Position numbers and translations under genes: made by a program. Source: Chloroflexota bacterium (GTDB lineage: Bacteria > Chloroflexota > Anaerolineae > Anaerolineales > VGOW01). From it: a stretch of DNA of 64,000 nt. Positions within the stretch are counted from its first letter, which is position 1; each line of letters opens with the position of its first letter. Of the stretch, positions 26,060 to 34,029 are shown piece after piece. The stretch lies in contig JACPWC010000071.1 in NCBI GenBank assembly GCA_016197225.1, positions 14,217 to 78,216 on the forward strand, given 5' to 3'. The notes below the pieces were generated by a model. That model was not told the origin of the DNA, searched no databases, and saw nothing but the letters and a program-made list of their open reading frames with translations.

Positions 26060-26158
26060 CTCGATTGCATTGTACTCGAAAAGTGATTCCGTAACGCCTG
26101 CCGTAACGTTGCCGGAATGCGCGTTGTGTAAAGTGGAAGCAGATTAACGGAGGCAACT

Positions 26159-26614
26159 ATGGTCAAAGAACAGAGTCGAGAAACGACAATGGGCGATGCG
26201 GCGGTGGACGGCCTGCTGGCCGGTGGAATGGCCGGGGTGTTGATGGCGGTTTATTTGGCAGTGGCCGGCCTGACCTGGGGAGACGGAATCGGCGTGACGC
26301 TGGGCCATTTCGATCCAGGGGCAACCGCCTCGCCGGTGGTGGGCGTGATCTCCCACCTGGCCGTGTCGGGCGTGTACGGGGCGTTGTTCGGGGTCGGGTG
26401 GCGGCTCGTTGCCCGTCTCTGGCAACGTTTGTCGGCCTATGCCTGGCTGGGCGGGCTGGCCTTCGGGCTGGCGCTGTGGGGGCTGGCCGGCGTCGTTCTC
26501 CTGCCGGGTGCGGCCTCAGCCCTCAGAGCCGTGCCGCCTCTCCATTTTGTCATCGCCCACATTGTCTACGGCTTGACGCTTGGCATCGGATTGTCCATGC
26601 GACAGCATGAATGA
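26159..26614 (+). CDS. small polytopic membrane protein
   Basis: About four hydrophobic helices (e.g. GLLAGGMAGVLMAVYLAVAGL). No family recognised. Confidence 0.5.
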   Translation: MVKEQSRETTMGDAAVDGLLAGGMAGVLMAVYLAVAGLTWGDGIGVTLGHFDPGATASPVVGVISHLAVSGVYGALFGVGWRLVARLWQRLSAYAWLGGLAFGLALWGLAGVVLLPGAASALRAVPPLHFVIAHIVYGLTLGIGLSMRQHE

Positions 26615-26713
26615 CTGGCTAAGACCTGCCAGGTCTGGTCGAAAGTTCGGCAAAACTTAAAGCTGGCAAGACCCGGCAGGTCTTCCAGATAGTTGCTCAG
26701 GAGGCAAACTAAA

Positions 26714-27694
26714 ATGATCGCAAACATCCTCATCTTTCTCGTTCTGATTGTTCTCACCATCGGCGCGGGCTGGCTGACGTGGCGGGTCGTGCGGGCCAAA
26801 CGGCTGTGGGTGAAGATCGCCGGCGGGCTGGGAGCCGGACTGCTCACGCTGATTCTGACCGCCGTCTCGTTCGCGGGCGGCAAAGGCATCGCCATTCTTT
26901 ATTTCCCCGGCGCAAAACCCGCGTCCGATCTCAAAGTGGAAGGCACGCCGGAGCAAATCGCGCGCGGCGAGTATCTAGCGGACATCGGCTGTGTGGGTTG
27001 TCACGGCCAGGTGGATGCCGACGGAAAGCCTACCGAAAAGTTTCCGCTCTCCGGCGGCTATAACATTGCAGAGGCGGAGGGCTTCGGTTTTGTCGGTCAA
27101 CTCGCCACCGAGAACCTGACCCCCGGCGGCAAGCTGGCGAGCTACAGCGACGGCGAACTGTTCCGCGCCATCCGGCACGGGGTGAATAAAGACGGCCAGT
27201 CGCTCGGTTTCATGTCCCTCCTGCCCTTCGGCCAGATGAGCGACGATGATACGAAGGCCGTCGTCGCCTTCCTGCGCTCTCAGCCCGCTGTCACCCTCAG
27301 CAACCCAACCGGCGATAACATCAACTTCGTCGGCGCTCTGCTGTTTGGTGCGGGCATGTTCCCCAGCCCGGAGCCAAAACCAGATTCCATCACCGCGCCG
27401 CCCGCCGGCCCGACGGCAGACTACGGCAAGTACGTTGCCACCTTTGGCGAGTGCCGGGGCTGTCACGGCCCGGATGTCACCGGGGTGGAAGCCTCCTCGT
27501 TAGGCCCGGCGGTTCCCAACCCGCGCCCGTTCATATCCACCCTGACGGCTGAACAGTTCGTCGAAACCATGCGCAGCGGCACGCGGCCCAACGGCGTTGC
27601 CTTCCCCGAAACCATGCCCTGGCAGAACGCCTCGAAGATGAGCGACGACGATCTGGCCGCGTTGTACGCCTATCTCACCGCGCCGGTTAAGTAA
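26714..27694 (+). CDS. membrane-anchored dihaem c-type cytochrome
   Basis: N-terminal TM helices and two CxxCH motifs (CVGCHG, CRGCHG). AGGAGG lies 9 nt upstream of ATG 26714. Confidence 0.8.
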   Translation: MIANILIFLVLIVLTIGAGWLTWRVVRAKRLWVKIAGGLGAGLLTLILTAVSFAGGKGIAILYFPGAKPASDLKVEGTPEQIARGEYLADIGCVGCHGQVDADGKPTEKFPLSGGYNIAEAEGFGFVGQLATENLTPGGKLASYSDGELFRAIRHGVNKDGQSLGFMSLLPFGQMSDDDTKAVVAFLRSQPAVTLSNPTGDNINFVGALLFGAGMFPSPEPKPDSITAPPAGPTADYGKYVATFGECRGCHGPDVTGVEASSLGPAVPNPRPFISTLTAEQFVETMRSGTRPNGVAFPETMPWQNASKMSDDDLAALYAYLTAPVK

Positions 27695-27752
27695 GGGCGA
27701 AGCATGCTTCGCCCCAACAGACCCGAAGGGTCTCCAAGACCCTTAGGGTCTT
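27695..27752. repeat. triple hairpin block (terminator/REP-like)
   Basis: The first is gggcgaag-catg-cttcgccc, a perfect 20-nt palindrome. The other two are agaccc-gaa-gggtct and aagaccc-tta-gggtctt. Confidence 0.65.
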
Positions 27753-27784
27753 CAACACACTCAACTCAAAAAGGAGACTTCACA

Positions 27785-28219
27785 ATGAACAAACTCAAGT
27801 GGTGGTTTCGCATCGTCGGAGCGTTCTATCTGCTCCTGGCGCTGATGAACATGTACGGCATGTTTATCAACCGTCAATTTTTCGCCAGCGTAATCCCGTT
27901 CCCCGCGGATGAGTTCGCAGTCAAGGCATTTGTGGACGGGTGGTCTCCCTTCGCATTCGAGATATTGGGGATAGCCACGTTCATGCTCTGGGCGTCGCGT
28001 GACCCGCTCAAGTATCTCGGCGCGGTCTGGCTCATCGTCTGGCTCGAACTCCTTCACGGGGTTGTGGATGATGTGTACTTGATTGCCAACGGGTATGACG
28101 CCGTGGGCTACCTCGTTTTCATCGTCGTTCACCTGATCATCATCGGCACGGGGGTCATGTTCACGCGGCAGGCGTCAGTCCAAACACCGGCTCGCGCATC
28201 AGTTCCGATGAAGGCTTAG
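27785..28219 (+). CDS. small membrane protein (four TM helices)
   Basis: ATG 27785 is preceded by aaaggagac. The N-terminus MNKLKWWFRIVGAFYLLLALMN is hydrophobic. Confidence 0.55.
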   Translation: MNKLKWWFRIVGAFYLLLALMNMYGMFINRQFFASVIPFPADEFAVKAFVDGWSPFAFEILGIATFMLWASRDPLKYLGAVWLIVWLELLHGVVDDVYLIANGYDAVGYLVFIVVHLIIIGTGVMFTRQASVQTPARASVPMKA

Positions 28220-28235
28220 TGCTTCGCTATAGAAA

Positions 28236-28299
28236 CCCTGCGGAGCAAGCATCCCCAGATGCGGCGCAGGCCGCAGAAGGGGATGCAGACTCCGCAGGG
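28236..28299. repeat. three-tier nested palindrome
   Basis: The three stems are ccctgcggag / ctccgcaggg (10 bp), gcatcccc / ggggatgc (8 bp) and tgcggc / gccgca (6 bp), all perfect and concentric. Confidence 0.7.
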
Positions 28300-28322
28300 A
28301 TTAAATTGCGGGAGTCTAAACG

Positions 28323-29669
28323 ATGACCCTCGATGCCGAACTTGCCTCAGCGACGCGCCTGCAGGGTCGTTGGCTCACAGCGGCCCGCGCGGTGTGGGCG
28401 GCCGTATTTGTCTTCTCGGTGGCCGTTTTCCTCGTCGCCCTGCCAGCGCGCTATGCCCAACTGCTATCACCCGAGGATGAAATCAGGGATGGGATGACGC
28501 GCCTCGGTTTTTCGCCAGAGATTGTTGAACAGTATGGGAGCGAGGCCGCCATGCGCGCGGTCTTGTCCCAGCTTAGCCTGCCGGAGACGGGGTATGCCGT
28601 TTTCAATGTAGCCCTCGAAGGGGGCGTGGCATTAGTGTACATCGTCGTCGCGCTAATGATCTACTGGCGCAAATCCGATAGCCTGATGGGGCTTTTCACC
28701 TCCCTGTTCCTGGTCACTTTCGGCGTCGCCGGGAGTTCTTACCTTTTGATACCGCTCGAAGTGCGGCATCCGGCCGGATTCTACCTGGTGGCGGTAGTGG
28801 CTACCCTGGCCTATTCGATGCTGCCGCCGTTTTTCTATCTCTTCCCCGATGGGCGTCTGGTGCCCTATTGGGCGTGGATTCCGGCCGGGTTTTGGGCGGG
28901 CACAACCTTTTTCTGGAATTTTTTACCCCGCTCGCCATTAAATCCAACCAGTTGGCCGCTCTGGCTTTTTTTCCTGTATTTGCTCTTGCTTTGGGGATCA
29001 ACAGTCGTTGCCCAAATCTATCGCTACCGGCGCGTTTCGAGCATGGCCCAGCGCCAACAAACCAAGTGGGTGGTGTTCGGTTTTGGGCTGATGATTTTAC
29101 TGATCCTTCCTCCCTACATGATTCTCCCCGGTTTGTTACCGAACGTCGCGCCCGAAACGGTTTATTCAATACTGTCACCCGTACAAACCCTGGCAATGAG
29201 CATCATCCCGATTGCGCTTGCCATCAGCATCCTCCGTTACCGCCTGTGGGACATTGACATCCTCATCCGCAAAACGCTGGTGTACTCGGTGCTGACCGGT
29301 GCCCTCGCCCTCACTTACTTTGGCAGTGTCGTCATTCTGCAAAGCCTTTTCACCGCCGTCACCGGCCAGCAGTCGCCGGTCGTCGTCGTCCTCTCTACCC
29401 TCGCCATCGCCGCGCTGTTCTTCCCGCTCCGCAAGCGCGTGCAGGACACGATTGACCGCCGCTTCTACCGCAAGAAGTACGACGCCGCCAAAACACTCGC
29501 CGACTTCGCCGCGACCTGCCGCGACGAGACCGACCTGGAGAAGTTGACGGCTCGGCTAGTGGAAGTGGTGGAGGAGACGATGCAGCCGGAGAGTGTGAGC
29601 CTGTGGCTGACTTTAAATAAAGTGAGCTCAGCGAATCCGCACAACGAGCGTACTGAGCAGGAGAGATAG
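28323..29669 (+). CDS. polytopic membrane protein, paralog 1 of a four-member family with a conserved cytoplasmic C-terminal module
   Basis: A variable multi-TM N-terminal part is followed by YRYRRVSSMAQRQQTKWV, LRYRLWDIDILIRKTLVYS, DRRFYRKKYDAAKTLADFAATCRDETDLEKLTARLVEVVEETMQPESVSLWL. Confidence 0.75.
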   Translation: MTLDAELASATRLQGRWLTAARAVWAAVFVFSVAVFLVALPARYAQLLSPEDEIRDGMTRLGFSPEIVEQYGSEAAMRAVLSQLSLPETGYAVFNVALEGGVALVYIVVALMIYWRKSDSLMGLFTSLFLVTFGVAGSSYLLIPLEVRHPAGFYLVAVVATLAYSMLPPFFYLFPDGRLVPYWAWIPAGFWAGTTFFWNFLPRSPLNPTSWPLWLFFLYLLLLWGSTVVAQIYRYRRVSSMAQRQQTKWVVFGFGLMILLILPPYMILPGLLPNVAPETVYSILSPVQTLAMSIIPIALAISILRYRLWDIDILIRKTLVYSVLTGALALTYFGSVVILQSLFTAVTGQQSPVVVVLSTLAIAALFFPLRKRVQDTIDRRFYRKKYDAAKTLADFAATCRDETDLEKLTARLVEVVEETMQPESVSLWLTLNKVSSANPHNERTEQER

Positions 29670-29700
29670 GGTGAGGTTGAAACGAGTAAGGGGAAGCCAG

Positions 29701-30120
29701 TTAAAGTTCTGGCGGATGGTAACCGGCTTGAACCCAAAGAGCGCGGGCGCGCACGCGCAGTTCGTCGTTGAGCGACAGGGCCTGAACAGTCGCGCGGCCT
29801 ATCGCCGTCAGGCCAAGGATATGGACGCTTTGCTCATCCCAAGCGAAATGTCCGGCCCACGTTTGCGTTCGAGGGTTGTAGAGGGGAACGGCCTCGCCCG
29901 TTTGAGGATCAGCGGCTTCGGTCAGAACGCCTTTGGCTTCGTTGCACAGGCGGCACGAGAGCCACAAGTTCTCTTCGGCGTCGGACCCGCCGCGCGCTTT
30001 GGGGGTGAGGTGTTCGAGGGTGAGGGGGATGCCGCTGACAACTTCCTGCGTGTGGCAATAGCCGCAGCAATGGCGGGCTTGCGCGGCGACTCGTTGGCGC
30101 AGAGCCACAGAGACCGTCAT
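29701..30120 (-). CDS. HNH endonuclease
   Basis: CCGYCHTQEVVSGIPLTLEHLTPKARGGSDAEENLWLSCRLCNEAKG contains the CxxC...H...N...CxxC HNH/zinc-finger pattern. Confidence 0.85.
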   Translation of the reverse strand: MTVSVALRQRVAAQARHCCGYCHTQEVVSGIPLTLEHLTPKARGGSDAEENLWLSCRLCNEAKGVLTEAADPQTGEAVPLYNPRTQTWAGHFAWDEQSVHILGLTAIGRATVQALSLNDELRVRARALWVQAGYHPPEL

Positions 30121-30539
30121 GCCGCCAAACTCAGTTCGGCGAGTGTTGGCAGGTGGTAGCCGCGCCGCTTGAGGAGAACAGCGGCGTAGCCTTTGCGAAA
30201 GGTCAACGCATCGGCTTCTTGGCGAAGCGAGTCGAGTTTGGCTTGTTCAGCCTCGCTCAAGAGCGATGCCTTCTTCTTGTCGAGCAGGGCTTCGTATTCG
30301 GCCCACCGTTCGGCGGGCAGACGGCGACGGGACTCTTGAATGAGTTCAGTCTCGCTCATGGATAAGAGCGGGTAGACGTCGGGCTGGTAGGCGGGCGGAA
30401 TCTCTTCGAGGAGCGGCGGCAGACTGTGCGACAGGCTTTGCTCGACGATCACATCCACTGGTTGATGGGCAAGTTCCGCCGCTTGCTTGAGGTGGTTATA
30501 GGTCGCATCGGAGAGTTTGACAGTGAGCGTCTGAGTCAT
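30117..30539 (-). CDS. small helical protein with an RHH-like N-terminus, translationally coupled to the HNH gene
   Basis: TLTVKLSDATYNHLKQAAELAHQP resembles a ribbon-helix-helix strand-helix start. It has a 4-nt overlap with the HNH gene. Confidence 0.5.
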   Translation of the reverse strand: MTQTLTVKLSDATYNHLKQAAELAHQPVDVIVEQSLSHSLPPLLEEIPPAYQPDVYPLLSMSETELIQESRRRLPAERWAEYEALLDKKKASLLSEAEQAKLDSLRQEADALTFRKGYAAVLLKRRGYHLPTLAELSLAA

Positions 30540-30682
30540 TGTATGTTCATCATCCTTGCTGGGGATTATAGCATGAGCGGCGTGGCGATAAATGCGACAC
30601 CTGGCCGACTTCGCCGCGAATGATCATAAATCTTTACATTCTTTGCGGCCTGGCGTCTTTGCGTTGAATTACGGAGGGGAAA

Positions 30683-32458
30683 ATGGAAAAGCAGATGAAT
30701 CTCAAACTGGAAGACGGCTCTCGCGTAGCAGTGATGGGCGGTGGCCCGGCGGGGTCGTTCTTCGCCTACTTCCTGCTCGACATGGCTGAACGTGCCAAGC
30801 TGAGCCTTCGCGTGGACATCTACGAGCCGCGCGATTTCACCGTTCCCGGCCCACTCGGGTGTAATATGTGCGGCGGCATCATCTCCGAGTCGCTGGTGCA
30901 GATGCTGGCCGCCGAGGGCATCAACTTGCCGCCCACCATCGTCCAGCGCGGTATCTCGGCCTACATGTTGCACACCGACGCGGGCAGTGTTCGCATCGCC
31001 ACGCCGCTGGAGGAGAAGCGCATCGGGGCAGTGTATCGCGGCCCTGGCCCGCGCGGCATCAAGGAACTCAAGTGGGGCAGTTTCGACGGCCACCTGCAAT
31101 CGCTGGCCCGGCAGAAGGGCGCGAACGTGATCCGGGCGCGGGTCGAGGAGGTGAGCTGGCAGGACGGCAAAGTGGCGGTCAAGGGCAAAGGCGGCGCGCC
31201 GGAAGTCTACGACCTGCTGGCGGTGACGGCGGGCATCAACACCGCCGCCGCCAAACTCTTTGAGAAGTTGAATCTGGCTTACAAGCCGCCGAAGACGACC
31301 AAGACCTTCATCCGCGAATACTATCTGGGCGAAGAGACGATTGGGAAAGTCCTCGGGAACGCAATGCACGTCTTCCTGCTCAACATCCCCCGGCTGGAGT
31401 TCGCCGCCATCATCCCCAAAGGCGACTACGTGACGACCTGCCTGCTGGGTGAGGACATTGACAACGATTTGATCCAATCCTTCCTGAACTGCCCCGAGGT
31501 CAAGCGCATCATGCCGCCGGAATTGAATCTGGAGCAGGGGGCGTGCCAGTGCCAGCCGCGCATCGCCACCGAGGGCGCGGTTCAGCCGTTCGGCGACCGC
31601 ATCGTCTTCATCGGCGATTGCGGGGTGACGCGGCTGTACAAGGACGGCATCGGGTCGGCTTATCGCACCTCGAAGGCCGCGGCCACAACCGCCGTCTTCG
31701 AGGGTATCTCCGCTAATGACTTTCGCAAGCACTACCTGCCTGCCTGCCGGGCCATCGAATTCGACAACGCCATCGGCAAGATCGTCTTCCTGGTCACGCG
31801 GCTGATTCAGGAGCGGGGCTTCGCGCGGCGGGCGGTGGTGCGCATGACGGCGGACGAACAGCAGAGGCCAGGCAGTCGGCGGCGCATGAGCACCGTGCTG
31901 TGGGATATGTTTACCGGGAGCGCGCCCTACAAAGAAATCTTTTTGCGGACTCTGCATCCGGCATTCTGGCTGCGGTTGAGCTGGGATTTGTTGGTCTCGC
32001 TTCTGCCTGCCAGCGCCGGTTCGCAAGCCGAGGCGGGTGAGCGCCGCCAGGAGTTACCTATGAATTCCGGAGCCTTAGGCAAGGTCTTTGAACCCGGCGA
32101 CATCCTCTTTCGCCAGGGCGAGGTCGGCCAATGTATGTTTGTCATTCAGGAAGGGCAGGTGGCAATCGTGCAGGAACACGAGGGCGAAGAGATTTTTCTG
32201 GGCGTGCGCAGCGCCGGCGAGTTTTTGGGCGAAATGGCGATTTTTGAAGCCGAGCCGCATTCGGCGACGGTGCGCGCCCTGAGTCAGGTGCGCGTGCTGA
32301 CGGTGGATCAGAAAAACTTTCAGCGGCGCATTCACGAAGACCCGTCGCTGGCCTATCGTCTCTTCAAACTCATGTCGCGCCGTATCCGCGAGTTGGGCCA
32401 GGAGAAAGCCCTGCTGAGCAAGGAGATTGACCGGCTGAGCGAGGGGAGGGCGGAATGA
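30683..32458 (+). CDS. FAD-dependent oxidoreductase (geranylgeranyl-reductase-like) fused to a C-terminal cyclic-nucleotide-binding domain
   Basis: The N-terminal VAVMGGGPAGSFFAYFLL matches GxGxxG. The C-terminal ~120 aa (FRQGEVGQCMFVIQEGQVAIV...FLGEMAIF...RSATVRAL) is a cNMP-binding beta-barrel pattern. Confidence 0.75.
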   Translation: MEKQMNLKLEDGSRVAVMGGGPAGSFFAYFLLDMAERAKLSLRVDIYEPRDFTVPGPLGCNMCGGIISESLVQMLAAEGINLPPTIVQRGISAYMLHTDAGSVRIATPLEEKRIGAVYRGPGPRGIKELKWGSFDGHLQSLARQKGANVIRARVEEVSWQDGKVAVKGKGGAPEVYDLLAVTAGINTAAAKLFEKLNLAYKPPKTTKTFIREYYLGEETIGKVLGNAMHVFLLNIPRLEFAAIIPKGDYVTTCLLGEDIDNDLIQSFLNCPEVKRIMPPELNLEQGACQCQPRIATEGAVQPFGDRIVFIGDCGVTRLYKDGIGSAYRTSKAAATTAVFEGISANDFRKHYLPACRAIEFDNAIGKIVFLVTRLIQERGFARRAVVRMTADEQQRPGSRRRMSTVLWDMFTGSAPYKEIFLRTLHPAFWLRLSWDLLVSLLPASAGSQAEAGERRQELPMNSGALGKVFEPGDILFRQGEVGQCMFVIQEGQVAIVQEHEGEEIFLGVRSAGEFLGEMAIFEAEPHSATVRALSQVRVLTVDQKNFQRRIHEDPSLAYRLFKLMSRRIRELGQEKALLSKEIDRLSEGRAE

Positions 32459-33756
32459 CTTTCGAATCCAACACAACCCTGCGCCCGCCGTGGCTCAACG
32501 TCGCGCGCGCCGCCTGGATCGCCCTGTCACTCAGCGCGCTTATCGTGTTCACCATCGGCACGTTCAATCAACTGCAAGGACCGCTGCCGAGCTGCACCAC
32601 GCCGGGCACCGAGTGCGGTCCGTGGTCGATCAGTCAAGAGGATATTCAATTGGGGCAGCAGTTGGGCATGTCAGGACAGCTCTTGTTTCTGATCGCGACT
32701 GCGGTGTTGTGGGTCCCGCGGCTGGGCTATATTTTCGTCGCCGGGATTATTTTCTGGCGCAAGTCAGACGATTGGATGGCATTAGCGTTATCTTTGCTGC
32801 TGACGCTAGGGATCACCGAGGGTATCACCGACGTCGGTGTGCTGTTGCCGCTGCAATCTACGGTCTACGCGCTGTCCATCGCACTCTTTGTGCTATTGCC
32901 CTTTGTTTTTCCGAACGGACGTTTTGTGCCGCGCTGGATGCGCTGGCTGGTTCTGCCCATATGGCTGGCGTGGTTGGCTTCAATGGTCTGGACGCAGCTA
33001 CTTGGCCTGGTCAGCCTGATTTGGTTTGTTCCGGCGGCGTACGCCGTGGTCCACCGCTATCGGCGCGTCTTCAACGCGGTGGAACAGCAGCAGACCAAAT
33101 GGGTGATGGGTGGGCTGTTAAGTTCGTTCGTGGCGTTTGTGCCCATATTGTTCAGCTCGTTCGTTTTTCCGCCGACGCAGTCCACCCCCGATCGGCTCGC
33201 GTTCATGTTTCTGGTGTATGTCCCGGTTTATGTGGGCGTATCGTTGCTGGTGCCCATCTGCATCGGCGTGGCTATCTTCCGCTATCGGATGTGGGACATC
33301 GACGTCATCGTTCGCAAGACGCTGGTGTACTCGGTGCTGACCGGCGCGCTCGCCCTCACTTACTTCGGCAGTGTTGTCATTCTGCAAGGCCTCTTCACCG
33401 CTATCACCAGCCAGCAGTCGCCGGTCGTCCTTGTCCTCTCCACCCTCGCCATCGCCGCCCTGTTCTTCCCGCTTCGCAACCGGGTGCAGGATTTCATTGA
33501 CCGCCGCTTCTACCGCAAGAAGTACGACGCGGCCAAAACGCTGGCCGATTTCGCCGCCACCTGCCGCGACGAGACGGATTTGGACAGGTTGACGGCGCGG
33601 CTGGTGGAAGTGGTGCAAGAGACAATGCAGCCGGAGAGTGTGACGTTGTGGCTAAAAGATTCCAACGCAAAGCCTGCCCCTTCGGCAAGCTCAAGGCAAG
33701 CTCTGAGCCTAATGTGCTCGTTGAGAAGCTTGTTATCGTCGAAGCGAAGGCCGTGA
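32455..33756 (+). CDS. polytopic membrane protein, paralog 2
   Basis: It shares HRYRRVFNAVEQQQTKWV, FRYRMWDIDVIVRKTLVYS and DRRFYRKKYDAAKTLADFAATCRDETDLDRLTARLVEVVQETMQPESVTLWLKDSNAKP. Its ATGA overlaps the stop of the upstream FAD/cNMP gene. Confidence 0.75.
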   Translation: MTFESNTTLRPPWLNVARAAWIALSLSALIVFTIGTFNQLQGPLPSCTTPGTECGPWSISQEDIQLGQQLGMSGQLLFLIATAVLWVPRLGYIFVAGIIFWRKSDDWMALALSLLLTLGITEGITDVGVLLPLQSTVYALSIALFVLLPFVFPNGRFVPRWMRWLVLPIWLAWLASMVWTQLLGLVSLIWFVPAAYAVVHRYRRVFNAVEQQQTKWVMGGLLSSFVAFVPILFSSFVFPPTQSTPDRLAFMFLVYVPVYVGVSLLVPICIGVAIFRYRMWDIDVIVRKTLVYSVLTGALALTYFGSVVILQGLFTAITSQQSPVVLVLSTLAIAALFFPLRNRVQDFIDRRFYRKKYDAAKTLADFAATCRDETDLDRLTARLVEVVQETMQPESVTLWLKDSNAKPAPSASSRQALSLMCSLRSLLSSKRRP

Positions 33757-33890
33757 CTGTGTACAATCCGATCTTTGAAGCTCAAGCCCTGACTTATCTG
33801 CGCCTGCTCGACTTGCGGCTAGCACTCGTCATCAACTTCGGCGAGAAACTTGTAAAGAACGGTATCCATCGTGTCGTCAACGGCCTGTGA
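33708..33890 (+). pseudogene. C-terminal fragment of a GxxExxY-family (PD-(D/E)XK-like) protein
   Basis: LVEKLVIVEAKAVTVYNPIFEAQALTYLRLLDLRLALVINFGEKLVKNGIHRVVNGL matches the C-terminal half of GxxExxY proteins (VElKa...aQl.nYL...GLLiNFg...). The N-terminal half, including the GxxExxY motif itself, is missing. Confidence 0.65.
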
Positions 33891-33906
33891 AACACCAAAG
33901 AACAAT

Positions 33907-34015
33907 CCTTGCGCCCTTGCGTTAAAAGCTTTAACGCAAAGTCGCAAAGACGCCAGGGCGCAAAGAAATAGATAAAAGACCTTTGCGTTCTCTGCGTCCT
34001 CGCGTCTTTGCGTTA
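33907..34015. repeat. CGCAAAG-type palindromic element
   Basis: ccttgcgcccttgcgttaaaagctttaacgcaaagtcgcaaagacgc ... gcgtcctcgcgtctttgcgtta. The terminal motifs are TAACGCAAAG / CTTTGCGTTA. Confidence 0.75.
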
Positions 34016-34029
34016 GAAAGAGACATTGA

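Noticed and set aside
32490-33500. Same-strand alternate-frame ORFs inside real genes (32490-33500, 13794-14570, 62037-62780, 19343-19620).
   Set aside because: They have Arg/Pro/Ala-rich composition and no motifs, and they overlap the frame that carries the conserved family signatures. These are frame artefacts of high GC.
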